Source: Acetobacterium malicum
GTDB taxonomy: Bacteria; Bacillota; Clostridia; Eubacteriales; Eubacteriaceae
Length of the DNA stretch: 24,000 nucleotides
Reading direction: 5' to 3' (one strand)
NCBI RefSeq assembly: GCF_014284495.1
Contig: NZ_WJBE01000001.1
The stretch's first letter is position 1. Every line of letters starts with the position of its first letter. This document shows, piece by piece, positions 1 through 5,590 of the stretch. The translations under genes were made by a program, and so were the position numbers. The notes under the pieces are model-generated. The model searched no databases. It saw nothing but the letters and a program-made list of their open reading frames with translations, and was not told where the DNA came from.

Positions 1-1424
1 AGGCCGAATTGGCAAAAGAGAGTAAGCTGCTTGAAACAACTCTGGTTTCGGTGGGCGATGGGGTCATATCCTGTGATAAGGATGGTTATGTTTTATTTAT
101 AAATCGGGTAGCAGAGGACTTAACCGGCTGGACAAAAATTGATGCCTTAGGAAAACCCATTGAAACCGTATTCAATATCATCAATGATCTTAATCGGGAA
201 AAGGCTGGAAATATTGTCGCGGAAATCATTAAAACTAAAGAAATTAGAGAACTCGATAATCATACCCTGCTAATTGCCAGAGATGGTAGTGAACGAGCCA
301 TCGAGGACAGCGCTGCCCCAATAATTGAAGAAAATGGCGATGTGCTGGGTGTCGTTCTGGTGTTTCGGGATTATACCGAGAAAAAGCAGAAACTGGATCA
401 GATCGAGTATTTAAGCTATCATGATCAGCTCACCGGCCTTTACAATCGACGCTTCTATGAAGAAGAACTACGACGGATTGATACGCCAGAGAATTTACCC
501 TTGTCTTTAATTATGGGCGATGTCAACGGTCTTAAACTGGTAAATGACAGTTTTGGACATGTAATGGGAGACCAATTATTAAAAAAAGCCGCTGCGACGA
601 TTACCAGAGCCTGCCGCGCGGAAGATGTGGTGGCAAGATTGGGCGGCGATGAATTTGTTGTGCTGCTACCAAAAACAAATCAAATTGAAGCGGAAGAAGT
701 CATTGCACGCATTGAAGAATTGGCAAAAAGTGAAATAGTTGGAACCGTGGAACTTTCTATTTCATTCGGTTTTGAAACGAAGGTGGATAAGGAACAAGAC
801 ATCCAGCTGATTTTTAAAAGAGCAGAAGACTATATGTATCGTCGCAAACTGACGGAAAGTCTGGGAATGCGGAATAAAACTGTCGGTATGGTAATTGAAA
901 CCTTATTTGATAAATACCAGAAGGAAATGTTTCATTCGGAGCGGGTCAGTCGCCTGTCGGCTGAGGTTGGAAATAAAATCGGACTCAATACCAAAGATTC
1001 CCATGATCTCCAAACCGCCGGATTAATGCATGATATTGGCAAGATTGGGATTGCTGAGGGGATTCTCGACAAGTCAGAAAAACTGAGCGAACAGGATTGG
1101 CTGGAAATACGTCGTCACCCTGAAATTGGATACCGCATATTAAGCTCCGCCAACGAATTTGCTGAAATTGCCGATCATATCCTGGAACACCATGAGCGTT
1201 GGGACGGCAGCGGTTATCCCAATGGACTAAAAGGCGAAGAAATCTCGTTGGAAGCCAGGATTATTGCCATCGCTGATGCCTATGATGCAATGACCAGAAT
1301 GCGTTTGCATATGGATGATCTCACAGTTGAAGAAGCCATTGAAGAAATCAATCGCTGCTCCGGTACGCAGTTCGATCCCGAGATTGCCAGAGTTTTTATT
1401 GATATGATAAAAGACGAAAATTGA
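1..1424 (+). CDS. PAS-GGDEF-HD-GYP c-di-GMP turnover protein (5' end probably outside the window)
   Basis: The frame is open to the window edge, with no in-frame stop upstream of the TTG at 9. PAS-like N-terminus (VSVGDGVISCDKDGYVLFINRVAEDLTGW). GGDEF domain with intact RLGGDEF (GGDEF codons nt 642-656) and an RxxD I-site (RAED, nt 615-626) five residues upstream. C-terminal HD-GYP domain (HDIGKIG ... HHERWDGSGYP). Stop TGA at 1422-1424. Confidence 0.88.
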   Translation, partial: AELAKESKLLETTLVSVGDGVISCDKDGYVLFINRVAEDLTGWTKIDALGKPIETVFNIINDLNREKAGNIVAEIIKTKEIRELDNHTLLIARDGSERAIEDSAAPIIEENGDVLGVVLVFRDYTEKKQKLDQIEYLSYHDQLTGLYNRRFYEEELRRIDTPENLPLSLIMGDVNGLKLVNDSFGHVMGDQLLKKAAATITRACRAEDVVARLGGDEFVVLLPKTNQIEAEEVIARIEELAKSEIVGTVELSISFGFETKVDKEQDIQLIFKRAEDYMYRRKLTESLGMRNKTVGMVIETLFDKYQKEMFHSERVSRLSAEVGNKIGLNTKDSHDLQTAGLMHDIGKIGIAEGILDKSEKLSEQDWLEIRRHPEIGYRILSSANEFAEIADHILEHHERWDGSGYPNGLKGEEISLEARIIAIADAYDAMTRMRLHMDDLTVEEAIEEINRCSGTQFDPEIARVFIDMIKDEN

Positions 1425-1448
1425 GTAAAAAACGATCATGGTATAAAC

Positions 1449-1482
1449 ACGGCCAATCCGTTTGGGAATCTGGCCGGGTTTA
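1449..1482. terminator. Imperfect hairpin between convergent genes (possible bidirectional terminator)
   Basis: CGGCCA (1450-1455) pairs with TGGCCG (1471-1476) around an inner TCC/GGA pairing. Flanking T/A runs are weak on both strands. It sits in the 58-nt gap between two convergent stop codons. Confidence 0.35.
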
Positions 1483-2139
1483 TTAATTGTGTTTTCTAAG
1501 ATTGCGGAGGTTCTGAAACATCACACCGAAGGTTTCGTGTTGGACTTGAGTCGGGTCAAATTTTAACAGTTTAAAAGTGATTTGCACACAAAAACCAATG
1601 GCAAATGCCGAGATTACTGTGCCTAAACCAACCATTCCGCCTAGGAACCAACCAATCAGGACAACGCTGACTTCCAGAATGCCCCGGCATAGGCCGACTG
1701 GCAGTCCGGTTTTTCGGGTCACTGCCACCATCAGGCTGTCTCGGGGTCCGGCCCCAAAGGCCGAGGAAATGTAAAAATATGTCCCCAGTGAGATGATGAA
1801 GAGACCAAGAATAAGTACCAGAGTCCCAATCCAGAAATTACTGAAAAGTGGGATAAAATCTAGAAAAAGGATGAGATCCATAAAGAGACCGATCATAAAC
1901 ATGTTGAAAATAGTCCCCAGTCCAATTTTTTCGCCCAGCAGAAAGACCATCGCAACAATAAGGGCACCCACCGCGGTGTTCACCAGACCGATGCTGACCC
2001 CCAGAGTTTGGCTGATACCACTGTGGAGAACCTCCCAGGGAGCATAGCCGACATTTGCCCGCATGGTCACGATAATGCCCAATCCATAAAGAAAGAGTCC
2101 GAAATTCAGTTTGATAAATCTAAAAATGTAGCCAGTCAT
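1483..2139 (-). CDS. YczE/YitT-like polytopic membrane protein
   Basis: Hydrophobic multi-TM protein with the YczE-type N-terminus (GLGIIVTMRANVGYAPWEVLHSGIS). I chose the start at the ATG (2139-2137, MTGYIF...) because GAGGAGGG lies 4 nt upstream. The ORF-track start at 2202 has no RBS. Confidence 0.7.
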   Translation of the reverse strand: MTGYIFRFIKLNFGLFLYGLGIIVTMRANVGYAPWEVLHSGISQTLGVSIGLVNTAVGALIVAMVFLLGEKIGLGTIFNMFMIGLFMDLILFLDFIPLFSNFWIGTLVLILGLFIISLGTYFYISSAFGAGPRDSLMVAVTRKTGLPVGLCRGILEVSVVLIGWFLGGMVGLGTVISAFAIGFCVQITFKLLKFDPTQVQHETFGVMFQNLRNLRKHN

Positions 2140-2239
2140 AATGCCCTCCTCAAAGAATAATGTTCCCAGTATAACATAAAACGATTTGTGGTCAAAGTCC
2201 AAATCGTGATGGTTCTGAAATATTCGATTCTGTTGATTA

Positions 2240-2271
2240 CATGTTTAACTTATTTTAAAATGTGGTATACT
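2240..2271 (+). promoter_or_regulatory. Candidate extended -10 promoter for the flavoprotein gene
   Basis: TGgTATACT, with TATACT at 2266-2271 preceded by TGg, lies about 50 nt upstream of the ATG at 2322. The -35 region is poor (GTTTAA-like). Confidence 0.35.
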
Positions 2272-2321
2272 AAAAGCAGCAAAATAGAACAGATGGAGCG
2301 TAGCGCTTCGGGAGGTTAGAG

Positions 2322-2957
2322 ATGAAAGTATTAGGCATTAATGGTAGTCCTCATGGAGAAGGAAACACATTTACGGCTTTGAGTATTGCCGGAGAAATTT
2401 TTGCTCAGGAAAGCATTGATTTCGAAATTTTCAACGTTGGTATGAAAGCAGTGCAGGGTTGTACTGGTTGCAATGCTTGCGGTAAAAACAAAAATGAGCA
2501 GTGTATCTTTACCAAAGATGTTGTCAATGAAGGGATTCAAAAAATTAAAGAAGCAGATGGTGTTGTATTTGCCAGTCCCGTCCACTTTTCCGGGATCGGC
2601 GGAAATATGAAGTCATTTATGGATCGAGCCTTCTATGTGGCCGGAGCCAATGGCGGATTATTTCGCCATAAGGTAGCCGGAGCCCTGGTGGCAGTCAGAC
2701 GGTCTGGCGGGGTGGCAACCATCGATCAATTGAATCACTACATCACCTATTCGGAAATGGTTATGGCAACTGGTAACTATTGGAATGTTATCCATGGTCG
2801 TACTGCCGGAGAAGCGTCTCAAGATACTGAAGGTGCCCAGACCATTGAGGTCACTGCCGCTAACATGGTTTGGTTGATGCGTCTTATTGAAAACGGTAAA
2901 GGTGTTGTTGCAGAGCCACATCCCTTTAAAAAGGTATATATGCATTTTGTCAGATAA
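2322..2957 (+). CDS. Flavodoxin-fold NAD(P)H-dependent FMN reductase, iron-sulfur flavoprotein (Isf)-like
   Basis: RBS GGGAGG lies 7 nt upstream. N-terminal MKVLGINGSPHGEGNT fits the FMN-reductase P-loop-like motif. Compact Cys motif C47-x2-C50-x2-C53-x7-C61 at nt 2460-2504. Confidence 0.8.
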   Translation: MKVLGINGSPHGEGNTFTALSIAGEIFAQESIDFEIFNVGMKAVQGCTGCNACGKNKNEQCIFTKDVVNEGIQKIKEADGVVFASPVHFSGIGGNMKSFMDRAFYVAGANGGLFRHKVAGALVAVRRSGGVATIDQLNHYITYSEMVMATGNYWNVIHGRTAGEASQDTEGAQTIEVTAANMVWLMRLIENGKGVVAEPHPFKKVYMHFVR

Positions 2958-2975
2958 AGTATGATCGCTGCAACA

Positions 2976-3007
2976 ATAAAAAAACACGTTAAACGTGTTT
3001 TTTTATT
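2976..3007. terminator. Bidirectional rho-independent terminator
   Basis: AAAAACACG / CGTGTTTTT stem with a TTAAA loop, flanked by an A-run and a T-run. It lies between the convergent stops at 2957 (+) and 3010 (-). Confidence 0.8.
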
Positions 3008-3009
3008 GT

Positions 3010-3855
3010 TTATTTAAATCTCATCGTGACGGGTCCGACCCCGCCATCAATATCGATGCGATGGGGAGCAGATTTTGATCCGGTTCCGGATTCAGAAATG
3101 CTCTCGCCATTGATGGTGATGGGGCCGACACCCTGGTCAGCGGTAATAAAATAATCATTAACATTGGCGTCGATGTCGAGACTGGTCTGACCGACGCCAC
3201 AGTCGATTTCCAGATCACCGGTGACGATCCCCTGAATGTTAACGAGTCCAACGCCGCCTTTGATTTCAAAATCATTGAGTTGAACATCAGAAAAATGAAC
3301 AGCGCCCGCGCCACCGTTGAGTTTACCGGAATTTGCCTGAAGCTGATCGGCCTCAACTTCACCGGCGCCTTGTTTGATAGTCAGTTCATCAGTGATAATT
3401 CGTGACAATTCTGCTCGTCCGGCACCAATCTCAAGTTCCAATTTTTTTAAGTGGGTGTCATTTGGAATTGTAACCACAAGATTTGGCCCATGATCCTTAC
3501 CGATCAGATTGGGAATAATATTGGTGGGCCCGTCATCTTCTATGACAAGCTTGCCATCATCAAGGGTAGCAGTTAAACTTGCGGGGAGATCAGACCCCTC
3601 AACCCGAAAAGCATTCCCGGTTTTAAGCGTGATACTGCCGGTATCGAAATTAATAAAAACAGCTTCCAGCTCACCGGCAAAATCCTGCTGAAAGGTGTCT
3701 CCGTCCGGTTCACTGATCTGGGTCCTGTTTTCTATCAGACCAAATCCCCTCATGATGGCGACGCCACCATTGACAATACTGGCGATGATTCCCAATGCCA
3801 GGACCAGACCGAAGGCAATAGCCAGGTATTTAATCCAACTCTGATTGGTATTCAT
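3010..3855 (-). CDS. DUF4097 / LiaG-like membrane-anchored beta-strand-repeat protein
   Basis: One N-terminal TM helix (WIKYLAIAFGLVLALGIIASIV), followed by repeated G-x-G-containing beta-strand units (GAGRAEL, GAGEVEA, GGAGAVHF, GGVGLVNI, CGVGQTSL, QGVGPITI, GGVGPVTM). The start ATG (3855-3853) overlaps the upstream stop in an ATGA arrangement. Confidence 0.65.
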   Translation of the reverse strand: MNTNQSWIKYLAIAFGLVLALGIIASIVNGGVAIMRGFGLIENRTQISEPDGDTFQQDFAGELEAVFINFDTGSITLKTGNAFRVEGSDLPASLTATLDDGKLVIEDDGPTNIIPNLIGKDHGPNLVVTIPNDTHLKKLELEIGAGRAELSRIITDELTIKQGAGEVEADQLQANSGKLNGGAGAVHFSDVQLNDFEIKGGVGLVNIQGIVTGDLEIDCGVGQTSLDIDANVNDYFITADQGVGPITINGESISESGTGSKSAPHRIDIDGGVGPVTMRFK

Positions 3856-4529
3856 TTGACTTCGGTACCCCCAAAGATATTGGTGCTGTTGATATAAATG
3901 GTTGGCGGATTTTCACCCAGTGGTCGATTGGTTTTATTTGATGCCCCACCAAAAATGGGCGTGGTCGACAATTCGACCCGGACATTGCTGGGAACCATCA
4001 TATCAATGCCGCCAAAGACAGCTGTGGCTGAGATATAAATATCTTCACTGATAACGGCCTGGCGCAAATCAAGAGAAATACTTCCAAAAACCGCTGTCAG
4101 ATTGGCACCGTTAAATTGTTCGCCGGGAAAGTTAATTTCCTGGCCGCCAAAAATCGCTGAATAATCAGGAAGACCATCCTTAGTCATGCCTTGAATCAGC
4201 TTGGCATTTTTACTAAGTCGATCCTTGAACATAATGCTTAAGCCAATGGCAATAATTATGATGGGAAAGATCAGGTCGCCCAACAGCTCCCCATTAAAAT
4301 AGCCCTGGGCAGAAATAAACAATAATACCCCAATCCCTAATCCGATGGTGTTCCAAAGCTGTACGCCGTTTTGCACCATGCTAATGGCACAGGGAACAAT
4401 AATGAACAAGGTCCACCAGCCAGCGAAAAATAATTCAAAATTCCACAGACCAAAAACATTTCCGGCAAAACCAAGGCCGATAGCGACCAATAAAAGCCCC
4501 CAAAGTAAGTTACCAACTTGATTTCTCAT
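3852..4529 (-). CDS. LiaF-like cell-wall-active-antibiotic response membrane protein
   Basis: N-terminal multi-TM region plus a C-terminal LiaF-type repeat region (IFGGQEINF...AVFGSISLDL...AVFGGIDMMVP...PIFGGASN...IFGGTEV). I chose the start ATG at 4529 (MRNQVGN) because AAGGAGAG lies 4 nt upstream. The TTG at 4550 in the ORF track lacks an RBS. Confidence 0.7.
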   Translation of the reverse strand: MRNQVGNLLWGLLLVAIGLGFAGNVFGLWNFELFFAGWWTLFIIVPCAISMVQNGVQLWNTIGLGIGVLLFISAQGYFNGELLGDLIFPIIIIAIGLSIMFKDRLSKNAKLIQGMTKDGLPDYSAIFGGQEINFPGEQFNGANLTAVFGSISLDLRQAVISEDIYISATAVFGGIDMMVPSNVRVELSTTPIFGGASNKTNRPLGENPPTIYINSTNIFGGTEVK

Positions 4530-4558
4530 TTTTCTCTCCTTATTTCGCAATTTAGTTT

Positions 4559-4596
4559 ATTATACCATGCATCTTAAAAAATGAAAATTCTTCCCG
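4559..4596 (-). promoter_or_regulatory. Candidate extended -10 promoter for the LiaF/LiaG-like operon
   Basis: The minus strand reads TGgTATAAT, with the TATAAT complement at 4559-4564 and TG at 4567-4566. This is about 30 nt upstream of the ATG at 4529. The -35 is weak. Confidence 0.5.
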
Positions 4597-4642
4597 CATT
4601 TATTTAAATAACAAAATAAATTGATTAGCGGTCTGATAATAA

Positions 4643-4671
4643 TTGACTTAATGAAACATGGTGGGTAAAAT
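4643..4671 (+). promoter_or_regulatory. Candidate sigma-A type promoter (TTGACT-17-TAAAAT)
   Basis: TTGACT at 4643-4648, a 17-nt spacer, and TAAAAT at 4666-4671. This would give a leader of about 120 nt before the ATG at 4796. Confidence 0.55.
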
Positions 4672-4795
4672 GATAGATAGAGAATCAGTGTAAATGGTTT
4701 TTAAATAGGATAGCTTTTTTGATAACGTGATTTTGAGAAACTCAGATAGAAACTTAAAAAGCAACAAGTCCTAACGATAAATGGAGGAGACTAAC

Positions 4796-5200
4796 ATGGG
4801 ATTAGAAAGTGTTTTATATAAATGTGAAAAGGGTGTAGATCTCAAACAATTGCGGCTTAAGCCCTGGGCAGTGGCTTCTGAAGTGATGGGGCGGTTTAAA
4901 AAAACAAATCAGATTCATCGATGGTTTTTGGAGAATATTCAAAATGGAATTGATGACAGCCGATTTTATCTGGTTGATGAATATCAGTTTAAAAAGCTCT
5001 ATAAGCTGTGTACCACCGTGGATAGTAATCATGATCGGGCTGAAGAATTATTACCCACACTGAAAGGATTTGATATTGGAAGTGCCAAATATGATGAAGT
5101 CTATTTTGAAAATTTAAGCAAGGTGCTGATCATTCTGGGTCACATCAACAATACCTTTGACTTTGAAAAAAATGATCTAGTTTATAGCAGTTCCCATTAG
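4796..5200 (+). CDS. Hypothetical cytoplasmic protein (134 aa), no family recognised
   Basis: The ORF has a strong RBS (GGAGGAG, 7 nt before the ATG at 4796, MGLESV...) and a terminator downstream. No TM helix or signal peptide is seen, and I recognise no catalytic motif. Confidence 0.6.
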   Translation: MGLESVLYKCEKGVDLKQLRLKPWAVASEVMGRFKKTNQIHRWFLENIQNGIDDSRFYLVDEYQFKKLYKLCTTVDSNHDRAEELLPTLKGFDIGSAKYDEVYFENLSKVLIILGHINNTFDFEKNDLVYSSSH

Positions 5201-5233
5201 AAACGCAAAAGATTGAAAAAGATGGTTTCCACG

Positions 5234-5269
5234 AACCAGCTGAAGAAAGCTTCGGCTGGTTTGCTTTTT
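5234..5269 (+). terminator. Rho-independent terminator
   Basis: AACCAGCTGAAG / CTTCGGCTGGTT stem (one G-U pair) followed by TGCTTTTT. Confidence 0.75.
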
Positions 5270-5391
5270 AGAGAAATGAAAGATGTTCATGACAAACATT
5301 AAATTTAAATGAAACTAAAGTATTTTTTACGGTTGACGATTAAATAATAGTAAACGAATATAAGTATTTAGATAAAGAATTCAAATAACAA

Positions 5392-5420
5392 TTGAGATTT
5401 CGAAAATAATCCGATATAAT
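5392..5420 (+). promoter_or_regulatory. Sigma-A type promoter of MCP gene 1 (TTGAGA-17-TATAAT)
   Basis: TTGAGA at 5392-5397, a 17-nt spacer, and a perfect TATAAT at 5415-5420. It is homologous in layout to the promoter at 8038-8066. The implied leader is about 165 nt. Confidence 0.7.
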
Positions 5421-5590
5421 GTTGATCATGAGTAAAATTCCATGAGTGAGATTTATAAAAAACACACCGATGTGGAGAAGAGAAACAACGCCCTCTATCC
5501 CAGGCGCACGGCATAATTATTTGATATATAAAGGGGTAAAAATAAATAAGTATAGGATGATCTCAAGAAAAAATTAGAAGGAGAAAAAGA

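Noticed and set aside
1577-2047. Plus-strand ORFs 1577-1774 and 1793-2047 inside the YczE-like gene
   Set aside because: These are Arg/Pro/Thr-rich shadow frames antisense to a hydrophobic membrane-protein gene. They have no RBS and no recognisable motif.
2140-2202. Longer upstream starts given by the ORF track (2202, 4550, 8208, 10576, 12091, 13879, 14728, 19273; the range shown is the first example)
   Set aside because: In nearly every case an internal ATG is preceded by a strong Shine-Dalgarno at 4-8 nt, while the upstream TTG/GTG/ATG has none. The 14728/14737 pair is the exception: both sites have weak RBSs and the start remains uncertain. The 10576 start lies inside a terminator stem, and 8220 aligns with the start of the paralog.
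5442-5516. 24-codon small ORF (MSEIYKKHTDVEKRNNALYPRRTA) in the MCP1 leader
   Set aside because: There is no Shine-Dalgarno upstream, no counterpart in the homologous MCP2 leader, and no attenuator-like structure downstream.
5427-5590. Possible c-di-GMP (GEMM-I/II) or other riboswitch in the long MCP leaders (also 8073-8219)
   Set aside because: c-di-GMP riboswitches often precede chemotaxis genes in clostridia, so I looked for their hallmarks. These are the GCAAA/GACGCAAAGC-type receptor and tetraloop elements of class I and the ACGCAC...CCGACC pseudoknot elements of class II. I did not find them, and no terminator or anti-terminator pair is evident. I kept only the weaker observation of shared blocks and repeats.
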